Origin: Desulfomicrobium sp.
GTDB lineage: Bacteria; Desulfobacterota; Desulfovibrionia; Desulfovibrionales; Desulfomicrobiaceae
Direction: 5' to 3'
DNA length: 64,000 nt
Assembly: GCA_040768745.1 (NCBI GenBank)
Contig: JAXGMI010000002.1
Span: 736,001-800,000, forward strand
Shown: piece by piece, positions 53,501 to 62,258 of the stretch
Layout: each line of letters starts with the position of its first letter
Position numbering within the stretch: position 1 is the stretch's first letter
Notes under the pieces: model-generated
Seen by the model: only the letters and a program-made list of their open reading frames with translations
Database searches by the model: none
Told to the model about the DNA's origin: nothing
Translations under genes and position numbers: made by a program

Positions 53501-54753
53501 TCTCCGGGTACACGGATCTCCATCTGCTCCCCCACTTCCTGCATCTCGACGACCAGACCCTGGCAGGACGATGCGACCTGGACTTCCGCATGGGAGGCAC
53601 CTGGTCCGTCCCTTCCTTGACCGGGACAGCGCAAACGCGCGGGGCCCGCTACGAGAATTTCCGCAGTGGTACGGTGATCGAAGGAATCGATCTTGACGCC
53701 AGCGCCACGGGTTCACACCTTGAACTGAAGGCCACAGGCACTGACGGTGACAAAGGCAGGCTGCAGGCCCAGGGCAGCATGGATCTGGACACCCTGACCT
53801 ATGCCTTTGGCGCCGATCTCGACAACTGTCGTCTGCTGCGCATGGACCTGGCCCAGGCATCGGCCAGCGGGAACGTGGGCCTGCGGGGCTCCCCCTCCTC
53901 CGGGATGGCTCTGGACGGTCTGCTGACCATAGATCCAAGTCAGCTCCGCATCCCCTCCTCGGCGCCGCCGGATGTAGTGCACATCGAGGTGCGGGAGATC
54001 AACACCCCGGTCGCAGCCAGTTCCAAGGCAAAATCCCAGTCCCCGTTCCGGATCGACCTGGACCTGGGCTTGCAGATCCCGGCCCGGATGATCGTCAAGG
54101 GTCGTGGTCTTGATTCGGAGTGGCACGGCCGGTTGCACATCCATGGAAATCAGAACAGTCCCGTTATCAACGGTGAGGTAACCCTCCTGCGGGGCAAGCT
54201 CGAATTTCTGGACCGTATTTTTGATCTGACCAAAGGCTCTCTGATCTTCAGCGGCAATACCCCGCCCAACCCGCTTCTGGACGTCGTGGGAGAGGTGCAT
54301 GTCCTGGAAACACTGATTCAGGTCCACGTGACCGGATCTGCCAACTCCCCCCGGGTAACCCTGTCTTCCGTTCCAGCCCTGCCGCAGGACGAACTTCTCG
54401 CCATGATCCTTTTCGGTCGGTCCGCCCGCCAGATCTCACCCTTGCAGGCTGTCCGGCTGGCCCAGGCGGCGGCTGAAATGACCGGCCTCGGAACAGGCCC
54501 GGATGTCCTGAACAACCTCAAGTCCAGCCTCGGACTGCAGGAGGTGGAATTCAGCCAGGACGACAAGGACAACACCGCGGTCGGCGTCGGCGCATACTGG
54601 GGAGGGAAATACTACATCCGGACCGAGCGTAGCCTCTCCGGGCAGGACCGGACCAAGGTGGAAGTGCAGCTTACTCCCAAGATCAGCGTGGAGACCGAGG
54701 TGGGCGGGGATTCACGAGAAGGGGGCGGTGTGAACTGGAAACACGACTACTGA
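50548..54753 (+). CDS. tamB: Translocation/assembly module protein TamB (DUF490 C-terminus)
   Basis: N-terminal TM anchor, long beta-rich repeat body, VKGRGLDSEW.G.L...LSSVPALPQDELLA.ILFG and C-terminal WKHDY. Directly follows tamA. Confidence 0.88.
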   Translation: MCPASATSRLRAAALVVAASLVALSVAAALALGTSTGRQALLDGIGRMTASANFQLEMSGLELGRIWSMERLALNDSTGTWLLLEDLRLRPRLSALLRGRLSLHDVSVRRLDLDRLPATTEDSAGDALLPELAISGIDAQHIRLGPAVMGHEAFFSLQGGIEMDPDKTHARLRVARLDRTGDHAELDGLLVFQDRAGSLQLELHEAQGGLIHSVLGLNSTEGISLQLAGTGPMDHWPLTIEARISDAARLEANATLDITEGPSLSLRASLSPGPSWTGLTGLPDGEILVEGHGFWRDGILHLARLDLQGRPAMFQGNATWDFESDILDAQIQARGSDLSWLLPAKIKAGPVTANARLRRDTSGLSARARMELQDWNLSGQTIPTAAADLTLHMPADLKQWEGRANVDAQTPDLPRGLQTWTATAVAEGNATLLRLHEIRLDAGLLELEGNGTLDADMVLRARTVLHKTEDQPISAILESELHGSMDRESQAFAGKLAVNATGISGMPPFAEQLLGDNGRITANLALSPDLLSIRDALVQFRSRADLRGDIDMDTGRFSAGIEASLPQLTLDSLRVDQGTSVRGSLSGKPESFDMALEVRSPRFAMDRAVLDTFSATAALNGLPGLQSATLQAKAALRGQPLSLNLRTRGGTDSLQVEEGVVQLPGTRLQANGHVTLDVPRFDGTLDLNSADLRPLGQALDLALAGKMGVRADLVGDKNRHTLRFEGRGEDLDLLGTRIGTISLKGFTAIPGPMRDTDVHLEFGKVFHPPLRADLMGVHLRGDDQGLSFQADARDDASKTQIRSGGQLKLDPLRLLVNSLNGQLLGQDLRLASPLDLRISAPETSWSEFVLHLGPARFTSQGSMTPGGTDIRADARGMDPAMLHVLWPHLPSATMHARLEIRGTPQDPLARLVVQGDSILMQTAGLENLPELMGKAEIVLHRDSLNATGLVSANGDLRLEGQLSGPVMAKLFSVSLPNDTPLSGRISGYTDLHLLPHFLHLDDQTLAGRCDLDFRMGGTWSVPSLTGTAQTRGARYENFRSGTVIEGIDLDASATGSHLELKATGTDGDKGRLQAQGSMDLDTLTYAFGADLDNCRLLRMDLAQASASGNVGLRGSPSSGMALDGLLTIDPSQLRIPSSAPPDVVHIEVREINTPVAASSKAKSQSPFRIDLDLGLQIPARMIVKGRGLDSEWHGRLHIHGNQNSPVINGEVTLLRGKLEFLDRIFDLTKGSLIFSGNTPPNPLLDVVGEVHVLETLIQVHVTGSANSPRVTLSSVPALPQDELLAMILFGRSARQISPLQAVRLAQAAAEMTGLGTGPDVLNNLKSSLGLQEVEFSQDDKDNTAVGVGAYWGGKYYIRTERSLSGQDRTKVEVQLTPKISVETEVGGDSREGGGVNWKHDY

Positions 54754-54777
54754 GCCGATCTTTCTCACAGGGACTGT

Positions 54778-55029
54778 TCAGAGGTCGTCATCGGGGTCGA
54801 AACCCGTTGGAGCTGCCTTGACAGTCAGGGATACGACCTCCTGCAGCACCCGGCCGCGCTCTTGGGCCAACTGCTTCCATTTTTTTTTCTCTTTTTTCAC
54901 GGCATCGACGGTCTGCAGCAGGTCCTGAATGGTATGGGCTGGATAGCCGTATTTGGCATACTTGCCCTTGCGCAACTCCTCGTCGTTGCGTTCCTTCAGG
55001 GCGCGAAGCTGGCTGGAGGACAGGATCAT
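54778..55029 (-). CDS. Small hypothetical protein (83 aa, coiled-coil)
   Basis: MILSSSQLRALKERN...GYPAHTIQDLL..., starting 5 nt after the ATPase stop on the same strand. Confidence 0.7.
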   Translation of the reverse strand: MILSSSQLRALKERNDEELRKGKYAKYGYPAHTIQDLLQTVDAVKKEKKKWKQLAQERGRVLQEVVSLTVKAAPTGFDPDDDL

Positions 55030-55034
55030 GGCCT

Positions 55035-57143
55035 TTACCCGGTTGCGGCCCGGACCTGCTCCATGTCCGTCAGACCCAGCAGCACTTTGAGCATCCCGTC
55101 CTGCTTCAAAGTCAGCATCCCCTCGGTAACAGCCTGGGCCCGGATGTCCTCCGTCGGTTTGCGGTGCTTGATCTGGATTTTGATGCCTGAAGAGTTGACC
55201 ATCAGCTCGTGCACGCCAAGACGGCCCCTGTAGCCGTTGACACATTGGGAGCAACCGACCTTGCGGTACAGGGTAGGTTTGGCCTGCAGGAACTCCCGGG
55301 CATGCTCTTCCCAGCCCAGCCCGAACTCCATGCCCATTTCCATCACTTCCTGCGCCGACGGGGTGTAGGCTTCCTTACAGTTGGTGCACAACGTCTTGAC
55401 CAGGCGCTGGGCCAGGACGCAGAGGAGAGAATCTGCGAAATTGAATGGGTCAAGATCCATGTCCAGCAGGCGGGTCACGGTTTCCGGGGCAGAGTTGGTG
55501 TGCAGGGTGGAGAGGACCAGATGGCCGGTGAGGGAAGCCTCCACGCCGATATGGGCCGTTTCCTTGTCCCGCATTTCGCCGATCATGATCACGTCCGGGT
55601 CCGCACGCAGAAACGATCGCATGGCCGATGCGAACGTCAGCCCGATCTTGGGCTGCATCTGCACCTGACGCAGCCCTTCCTGAGTGATTTCCACCGGATC
55701 TTCGGCAGTCCAGATCTTGCGCTCCGGCGTGTTGATGTAGCTCAAGGCAGAATGCAAGGTCGTGGTTTTGCCCGATCCGGTCGGCCCGACGACCAGAATC
55801 AGTCCATAAGGTTTGTAGATCATCCGCTCGAAAGTTGTTTTGTTCCGGGCCGAGAGCCCCAGCTTGTCCAGGGGAAGGGGCTTGCCCGAGGCCAGCACGC
55901 GCAGGACCACATCCTCCATCCCCTCCAGCGTGGGGATGGTCGCCATGCGGTATTCCACCAGCTTGTTGCGCTCGGGCAGCTTGATTTTGATCTTGCCATC
56001 CTGGGGCAGGCGGCGTTCGGCAATGTCGAGGTTGGCCATGATCTTCAAACGCGAGACAATGGGCCTGGCCAAAGCCAGACGGACCTTGCGGAACTCGTAG
56101 CAGGTCCCGTCCACGCGGAAACGGAACATGCAGTGCCGGGCATGGGGGTTGGGCTCGATATGAATGTCAGACACGTTCTTTCTCCAGGCTTCGACAAGGA
56201 GGGCGTTGACCATGCGCACCACCTCGCTGTCCTGTTCGCTGAGCTCCGCTTCGCTTATATCCAGCGCCCCGGAAGTATCTGAAGCTTCGACATCCTCGTC
56301 AAAAGCAGCGGCCAGGTCGTCCCCGCCTCCGATTTGTTTGTAGAAATGCTCAATGAACTGCTCGATGTCGGCGGCCAGGGCCACCTTGGCCTCGATGTGC
56401 GATGTGCCGTAGATGAACTTGATTTCATCGAGCCGGCCGAGATCGAAGGGGTTGGTCATCAGTACCGTGATGACCTGACCCTCCTGGGAAAAAGGTATCC
56501 AGCCATAACGCTTGAGAAAATCGGGATCCAGCCGACGTTTTTCAAACAGCTCGAAAGGCGGCTCTTTGCTCGGAGAAAAAGGGACGAATTCCGTGTTGTA
56601 GAATCTGGCGAGGCTTTCCCCCAGATCGGTTTTGGATATCTTGTAGTCGGTCAGCAGGACGAGATCGGGATCCTTGGCGTCCTGGGCCAAAACCCGGGCC
56701 ATTTGCTCAGCAGTGACAAGCCCTGTCTCCAGAAGATAGGAATAGCGGCTGCTGCCCGAGGGAGAACGCCTGGGATTGAGGGCTTTGATGCGCTGTTCGA
56801 TGCCTGGAAAATCAGGATCAAGAATTTTGACCTGCTGGAAAATTTTCCTGGCTTCGTCGTGATTGTCCTGGTGCTGAAAGATGAGGCCGGCCCGGAAATA
56901 GAGCTTGGCAGCGACTTTGGGGGGGTATTCATTTTCGCCAAGGACCTTGAGGGTGACCTCCGCCTGTTCCTGGGCCTTGCCGAGCTTATTGAGGCTGTCG
57001 AGCATGAGCCTGATCAGATCATAGCTGCGTACACCGTGGGTGTACCCATGCTGACAGACATTGAGGACACCGGCATAGTCATCTTTGGCGAACAGTGTCC
57101 ACGCCCTGGACAGGAGCTGTTCCTCGTTGAGCGGTTTATCCAT
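55035..57143 (-). CDS. GspE/PilB-family ATPase with N-terminal TPR-like region
   Basis: Helical repeat ending AKLYFRAGLIF...EARKIFQQVKILDPDF. SDIHIEP, GPTGSGKTT, AEDPVE, LRADPDVIMIGEMRD, LHTNSA and CTNC...CSQC. Confidence 0.9.
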   Translation of the reverse strand: MDKPLNEEQLLSRAWTLFAKDDYAGVLNVCQHGYTHGVRSYDLIRLMLDSLNKLGKAQEQAEVTLKVLGENEYPPKVAAKLYFRAGLIFQHQDNHDEARKIFQQVKILDPDFPGIEQRIKALNPRRSPSGSSRYSYLLETGLVTAEQMARVLAQDAKDPDLVLLTDYKISKTDLGESLARFYNTEFVPFSPSKEPPFELFEKRRLDPDFLKRYGWIPFSQEGQVITVLMTNPFDLGRLDEIKFIYGTSHIEAKVALAADIEQFIEHFYKQIGGGDDLAAAFDEDVEASDTSGALDISEAELSEQDSEVVRMVNALLVEAWRKNVSDIHIEPNPHARHCMFRFRVDGTCYEFRKVRLALARPIVSRLKIMANLDIAERRLPQDGKIKIKLPERNKLVEYRMATIPTLEGMEDVVLRVLASGKPLPLDKLGLSARNKTTFERMIYKPYGLILVVGPTGSGKTTTLHSALSYINTPERKIWTAEDPVEITQEGLRQVQMQPKIGLTFASAMRSFLRADPDVIMIGEMRDKETAHIGVEASLTGHLVLSTLHTNSAPETVTRLLDMDLDPFNFADSLLCVLAQRLVKTLCTNCKEAYTPSAQEVMEMGMEFGLGWEEHAREFLQAKPTLYRKVGCSQCVNGYRGRLGVHELMVNSSGIKIQIKHRKPTEDIRAQAVTEGMLTLKQDGMLKVLLGLTDMEQVRAATG

Positions 57144-57341
57144 CGGTCATGCCCGGGGTTGAAAACTCGGCCAGGACTGCCGGCAGCCGGACTACCCGTC
57201 CGCCGGAGCCCTTCAATATTTTCAAATCAAAGCAATCGATCTTCGCATCATCAGACATCCCCAGGGGTGCTGCCTGTCAGAGACAGCGGACCACCTGCGT
57301 GGGTCCGTGCAGATGATGCATGGAAACAACGTTTCCTGAGG

Positions 57342-57375
57342 AAAACCGCAGTCAGCCCTTCGCCCACCACTGCGG
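57342..57375 (-). terminator. Probable intrinsic terminator of the ilv operon
   Basis: Minus strand CCGCAGT...ACTGCGG stem followed by TTTT, downstream of ilvC. Confidence 0.5.
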
Positions 57376-57442
57376 CGATCTTGTCCCGCGACAGACTTTC
57401 TGCGGTCCGCCTCCGTGCGCACGGCAAGAAGGTGGTCCCGCG

Positions 57443-58432
57443 CTATTTCTTCAACCAGGCCATCATGTTGCGCAAGCTGTCCCCGACCTTCTCGACCTGA
57501 TGCGCGTGACTTTGGCGTCTCTTGGCCAGAAAGGACGGCAAGCCTGCCTTGTTTTCCAGTATCCAATTCCGGGCAAAGGTACCGTCCTGGATTTCCTCCA
57601 GCACCTTCTGCATGGCCTTGCGGGATTCCTCGTTCACGACCCGCGGACCGGTCACGTAGTCGCCATACTCGGCGGTATCGCTGATGGAGTGGTGCATTTT
57701 CTTGAACCCGCCCTCGTAGAGCAGGTCGACGATGAGTTTCAGCTCGTGCATGCACTCGAAAAAGGCGATTTCCGGCTGGTATCCGGCTCTGACCAGGGTT
57801 TCGAATCCGGCCCGGATCAATTCGCTCACACCCCCACACAGCACCGCCTGCTCCCCGAAGAGGTCTGTTTCTGTCTCCTCGGCAAACGTCGTTTCCAGTA
57901 CCCCGGAGCGGGTTCCTCCGATGCCGGCGGCGTAAGCCAACGCCTTGGGCAGGGCCTGCCCCGTTGCGTCCTGATGCACGGCCACCAGACAGGGCACGCC
58001 CCCGCCCTTCTCGAATTCGCGGCGCACCAGATGGCCCGGGCCCTTGGGTGCGATCATCACCACGTCCACATCCTTGGGAGGGACGATCTGGTTGAAATGG
58101 ATGTTGAAACCATGGCCAAAAACCAGGGTCTTTCCGGCTGCCAGATTGGGCAGGATCTCTTCCTGGTAGACCTTGGGCTGGTACTGGTCCTGCACAAGGA
58201 TCTGGATCAGATCGGCCCTTCTGGCAGCTTCGGCCGCACTGACCGGCTCGAACCCATGCTCCTTGGCCAGCTGAAAGTTCGGTCCGCCCGGACGCTGGCC
58301 AATGATGACCTGCACGCCGGAATCCCGCAGGTTCTGGGCATGGGCATGTCCCTGGCTGCCATACCCGATGATGGCCACGATCTTGTTCCCAAGTATATTG
58401 AGATCGGCATCCTTGTCGTAATAAATCTTCAT
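57443..58432 (-). CDS. ilvC: Ketol-acid reductoisomerase (class I)
   Basis: [34 protein letters not shown] and SDTAEYG motifs. Confidence 0.97.
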   Translation of the reverse strand: MKIYYDKDADLNILGNKIVAIIGYGSQGHAHAQNLRDSGVQVIIGQRPGGPNFQLAKEHGFEPVSAAEAARRADLIQILVQDQYQPKVYQEEILPNLAAGKTLVFGHGFNIHFNQIVPPKDVDVVMIAPKGPGHLVRREFEKGGGVPCLVAVHQDATGQALPKALAYAAGIGGTRSGVLETTFAEETETDLFGEQAVLCGGVSELIRAGFETLVRAGYQPEIAFFECMHELKLIVDLLYEGGFKKMHHSISDTAEYGDYVTGPRVVNEESRKAMQKVLEEIQDGTFARNWILENKAGLPSFLAKRRQSHAHQVEKVGDSLRNMMAWLKK

Positions 58433-58495
58433 TTCACACTCCTTTTTTATGTATATGGCCCGGTTGGATCAGGCCTTTTCCCCTCGCCGGAGGGA

Positions 58496-58984
58496 TCAAT
58501 CGGCAAGCTGCATGCTGCGCCGCATGGCCAAGGTCCCGGCGCGGACGAACTCCTTCACCCCGAACCGTTGCAGGAGGGCGACCACGGCCTTGATCTTGCC
58601 TTGATCCCCGGTCAGCTCCAGCGTCAGCTCATCAGGACTGACGTCCACCACCTTGCACCTGAAAATATCCGCGATGCGGAGCACTTCTGCACGCTTGGAG
58701 TCTTCGGCTCCGATCTTCATCAGCACGACTTCCCGCTCCACGGCCTGCAGATGGGTCAAATCAACAACCTTGATGACCGTGATGAGCTTGTGCAGCTGCT
58801 TGATGATCTGCTCGATGATCTGCTCGTCGCCGATGGTCGTGATGGTGATGTGGGACACCCCGGATTCCAGGGTCGGACCGACGTTCAGGGACTCGATGTT
58901 GAACCCCCGCCCGCTGAACAGGCCAACAACGCGGGACAGGACCCCGGGCTCGTTCTCGACCAGAATGGATAGCACGTGTCTCAT
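58496..58984 (-). CDS. ilvN: Acetolactate synthase small (regulatory) subunit
   Basis: LVENEPGVLSRVVGLFSGRGFNIESL (ACT domain) and EQIIKQLHKLI. Confidence 0.96.
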   Translation of the reverse strand: MRHVLSILVENEPGVLSRVVGLFSGRGFNIESLNVGPTLESGVSHITITTIGDEQIIEQIIKQLHKLITVIKVVDLTHLQAVEREVVLMKIGAEDSKRAEVLRIADIFRCKVVDVSPDELTLELTGDQGKIKAVVALLQRFGVKEFVRAGTLAMRRSMQLAD

Positions 58985-58993
58985 GGCCGTCTC

Positions 58994-60682
58994 CTACACC
59001 AAAAGCATTTCCGTCAGGGCCGCGCCGGCGGGAACCATGGGCGCGACGTTTTCCTCTGGTTCCACACGCACATCGACGATGACCGGTCCCGGATAAGCAA
59101 ACGCGGCCGCCAGGGTCGGCTCCAGGTCCTCGGCTTTTTCGACGAGGAATCCCTCGGCCCCGTAGGCTTTGGCCAGGGCCACGAAATCGGGGTTGCTGTG
59201 CAGGCAGGTGGCGCAATAATTCTTCTTGTAGAAAAGTTCCTGCCACTGCCGGACCATGCCCAAATAGCCGTTGTTCAGGATGATGATCTTGACCGGAACC
59301 TGATAGCTCACTGCGGTGGCCAGTTCCTGGATGTTCATTTGGATGGAGCCGTCCCCGGCGATATCGATGACCAGCTTGTCCGGGAAGGCGAACTGGGCTC
59401 CGATGGCTGCCGGAAACCCGTATCCCATGGTGCCCAGGCCTCCCGAGGTGAGCAGGGTGCGGGGCTTGCGGTAGATATAGTACTGGGCCGCCCACATCTG
59501 ATTCTGACCAACCTCGGTGGAGATGATGGCCTCGCCCTTGGATAATTCGTAGATTTTTTCCACGACCCACTGTGGTTTGATCTGCCCGGCGTTTTTGGCA
59601 TAGTTCAGGGGATATGCGGCGCGCATCTCGGCCAGAGAGGCGTTCCAGGGCGCATGTTTGGCCGCCCAATCCACGGCCGGAATCTTGGCCAGCTCCTCCG
59701 CCAGCCCGGCAAGGCCCTGCTTGCAGTCCGAAACGATGGGCACGTCCACAACCACGTTCTTGCTGATGGACGTGGGATCGATGTCCATGTGGATGATCTT
59801 TGCTCCGGCAGCAAAGGCGCTGACCCGACCGGTGACACGGTCGTCGAAACGGGCCCCGACGGAAATGAGCAGGTCGCAGTTGTTGATGGCCATGTTGGCC
59901 GTATAGGTTCCATGCATGCCGAGCATCCCCAGCCAATGGGCGTGATCCCCGGGAAATGCTCCCAGGCCCATCAGCGTGGTGGTCACCGGCAGAGAAAACT
60001 TCTCTGCCAGCATGGTCAGCTCCTCGGAGCTGTTGGAGGAAACCACTCCTCCGCCTGCATATATCACGGGTCGCTGGCACTGCGCGATGAGTTCCGCTGC
60101 CTTGCGCAACTGCTTGCGGTTGGGACTGTAGTTGGGATTGTAGCTGCGGATGCTGATGGTCTCGGGATAGGAAAACTCTGCCCGGGCGTTGACCACATCC
60201 TTGGGCAGATCGATGAGGACGGGCCCGGGACGGCCCGTCCTGGCGATGTAAAAGGCCTGCTTGATGGTCTCGGCCAGATCCGCGACATTTTTGACCAGAT
60301 AATTGTGCTTGGTACAGGGTCTGGTGATCCCCACGATGTCTGCTTCCTGAAACGCATCGTTGCCGATCAGGTGCGTGGGCACCTGGCCTGTGATGATCAC
60401 CAGGGGGATGGAGTCCATGTATGCCGTAGCGATTCCGGTCACCGTGTTGGTCGCGCCGGGGCCCGAAGTGACCAGGCATACGCCAACCTTGCCCGAGGCC
60501 CTGGCATACCCGTCGGCCGCATGGACCGCCGCCTGCTCGTGACGGACCAGGATATGTCGAATCGGGTGCTTGGGGAGTTCATCGTAGATATCGATGACCG
60601 CCCCTCCGGGAAAACCGAAGATGAGATCCACCCCTTCCCGCTTCAGACACTCCATCAAAATCTGGGCACCAGTGAACTCCAT
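58994..60682 (-). CDS. ilvB: Acetolactate synthase large subunit, biosynthetic type
   Basis: [29 protein letters not shown] and GDGS...NN ThDP motif. Confidence 0.97.
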   Translation of the reverse strand: MEFTGAQILMECLKREGVDLIFGFPGGAVIDIYDELPKHPIRHILVRHEQAAVHAADGYARASGKVGVCLVTSGPGATNTVTGIATAYMDSIPLVIITGQVPTHLIGNDAFQEADIVGITRPCTKHNYLVKNVADLAETIKQAFYIARTGRPGPVLIDLPKDVVNARAEFSYPETISIRSYNPNYSPNRKQLRKAAELIAQCQRPVIYAGGGVVSSNSSEELTMLAEKFSLPVTTTLMGLGAFPGDHAHWLGMLGMHGTYTANMAINNCDLLISVGARFDDRVTGRVSAFAAGAKIIHMDIDPTSISKNVVVDVPIVSDCKQGLAGLAEELAKIPAVDWAAKHAPWNASLAEMRAAYPLNYAKNAGQIKPQWVVEKIYELSKGEAIISTEVGQNQMWAAQYYIYRKPRTLLTSGGLGTMGYGFPAAIGAQFAFPDKLVIDIAGDGSIQMNIQELATAVSYQVPVKIIILNNGYLGMVRQWQELFYKKNYCATCLHSNPDFVALAKAYGAEGFLVEKAEDLEPTLAAAFAYPGPVIVDVRVEPEENVAPMVPAGAALTEMLLV

Positions 60683-60688
60683 GATCTC

Positions 60689-60919
60689 CTACCCCTCCTG
60701 ACGTCTATATTTCGCAAGCAGAGCCTGGATCCGGGTCTTCCCGGCCAGCTTCTTTTTCTTGTACTCCTTCACTTCCATCTCTTCCGCCGGGGAAAGCACT
60801 GCCTTGCCGGAGTAGCGTTCCAGTATTTTTTCAAAGCCCACATGTTCCTCCCACAGAGCCTTGAGTTCCTCGTCGTGGGGCAGCTGCGCCGCAATCAATT
60901 CGAGGTCTTTCTGTTCCAT
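60689..60919 (-). CDS. DUF465/YdcH-family small protein
   Basis: MEQKDLELI...LWEEH...LSPAEE.E.K..KKKKLAGK. AAGGAG ribosome-binding site. Confidence 0.8.
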   Translation of the reverse strand: MEQKDLELIAAQLPHDEELKALWEEHVGFEKILERYSGKAVLSPAEEMEVKEYKKKKLAGKTRIQALLAKYRRQEG

Positions 60920-60942
60920 AGGATGTCTCCTTAACGTTATGG

Positions 60943-61254
60943 TTATATCTCTGCCCGATCCGAAAAGCGGCTCCAGTCGGGCTCTTCCTCTGTTTTCAGG
61001 AGCAGGCTCTTCCGCCTGGATCCGTGACCTGCCTCGATCTCCACCTGACCCGGACGCAGGTCCAAAACCTCGGCCACAAATCGGACCAGGGCGGCATTGG
61101 CTTTGTTGTCCACAGCCGGAGCCTGCACCCGAATTTTCACACAGTCGCCGTGCACTCCCGCGAATTCGCTTCTCCTGGCCCCGGGCTGAACCCAGGTGGC
61201 AATCCTCCACCCGGTCTTTGCCCTGCCGACCCAGGGTGGACGATGTGCGCCCAT
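60943..61254 (-). CDS. DUF167/YggU-family protein
   Basis: VQPGARRSE..G...VKIRVQAPAVDNKAN..L...GHGSRRK motifs. Confidence 0.88.
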   Translation of the reverse strand: MGAHRPPWVGRAKTGWRIATWVQPGARRSEFAGVHGDCVKIRVQAPAVDNKANAALVRFVAEVLDLRPGQVEIEAGHGSRRKSLLLKTEEEPDWSRFSDRAEI

Positions 61255-61255
61255 G

Positions 61256-61549
61256 CTAGAACATCATCTGCTGCATCAACCGTGACAAAAAGACCTGCAC
61301 AAACTTGATCCCCAGGACAACCAGAAAAGGTGAAAAGTCGATGCCGCTGACGTACGTGAACGGCAGCAGCTTGCGGATGCGATAAAAGACCGGCTCAGTC
61401 AGGGATCGTATGCCACGCACGATGGGGTTGTAGGGATCGGGGTTGACCCAGGACATGACTACAGCGGCGATGACTATCCAGAAATAGAGAGCCAAAAGAC
61501 TGTCGACGACATAGTAAAGGGCCGAAAAAAGGCTAGAAAACACAGGCAT
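61256..61549 (-). CDS. YggT-family membrane protein
   Basis: SWVNPDPYNPIV...TEPV...GIDFSP motifs. Confidence 0.92.
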   Translation of the reverse strand: MPVFSSLFSALYYVVDSLLALYFWIVIAAVVMSWVNPDPYNPIVRGIRSLTEPVFYRIRKLLPFTYVSGIDFSPFLVVLGIKFVQVFLSRLMQQMMF

Positions 61550-61580
61550 GAACACTCCTTTCCCCAAAAAAGCGCAAACG

Positions 61581-62258
61581 CTAATCGATTATTTCGCAAA
61601 AGCCCTTCATAAACCATTGCCGCAGTTCATGGAAACTGTCCACATACAGTTCGGCCAGCAATTCCGGGTTGCGGTAGGCCCAGAAGGGCACCCCGGCCCG
61701 GCCAGTTGTCTCCTGGTCAACCTGCGAGTCACCGATGTATGCCAAAGTCTGCACATCCAGGCCCCAGGTTTCAACAATGGATCTGAGTCCTTCCGGATCG
61801 GGCTTGGGACGGGAAACCTTGGCCGCGGTCATGACCGGATCGAAGAACCGGGTCAGCCCAAAGCGTTCCAGAACCAGTTCCATGGAGTTCTTCCGGTTGG
61901 TGTTGACGGCCATGCGCACCTCCAGCCGATCCAACTCTGCCAGGAGTTCGAACAGGCCTGGCTCGGGGATCATGCGGTCGATGAAGTCACTGTAGGTCAT
62001 GTGGTGCTGCACGTCCCTGGCCCTTGGCATCAGGTCGTGCGGGATGATCCGGAGCAGGGCCGCGTCCACGGTATGCATGAACGCATAGTCCTCCTCTTCC
62101 TGGGTCATGGCCGGCAGGCCGAGTTCTGTGCGGATATGGTTGTAATAGTAACGATTCACGTCCCTGGAATCGAACAATACTCCATCGCAATCAAAGACCA
62201 CTCCGCGAATCCGGCCCAGATCAAAACGGCGGGGCGAAACCGCATCCACGGATCTCAC
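61581..62258 (-). CDS. HAD-superfamily hydrolase (phosphoglycolate phosphatase-like)
   Basis: [17 protein letters not shown] and YIGDSQVD motifs. Confidence 0.9.
   Translation of the reverse strand: MRSVDAVSPRRFDLGRIRGVVFDCDGVLFDSRDVNRYYYNHIRTELGLPAMTQEEEDYAFMHTVDAALLRIIPHDLMPRARDVQHHMTYSDFIDRMIPEPGLFELLAELDRLEVRMAVNTNRKNSMELVLERFGLTRFFDPVMTAAKVSRPKPDPEGLRSIVETWGLDVQTLAYIGDSQVDQETTGRAGVPFWAYRNPELLAELYVDSFHELRQWFMKGFCEIID

Noticed and set aside
57170..57215. c-di-GMP-I (GEMM) riboswitch upstream of the TPR-PilB gene
   Set aside because: Only the 3' GGTAG..CGGCTGCCG part resembles it. The 5' GGCAAA / GAAA tetraloop / GCAAAG core is missing.
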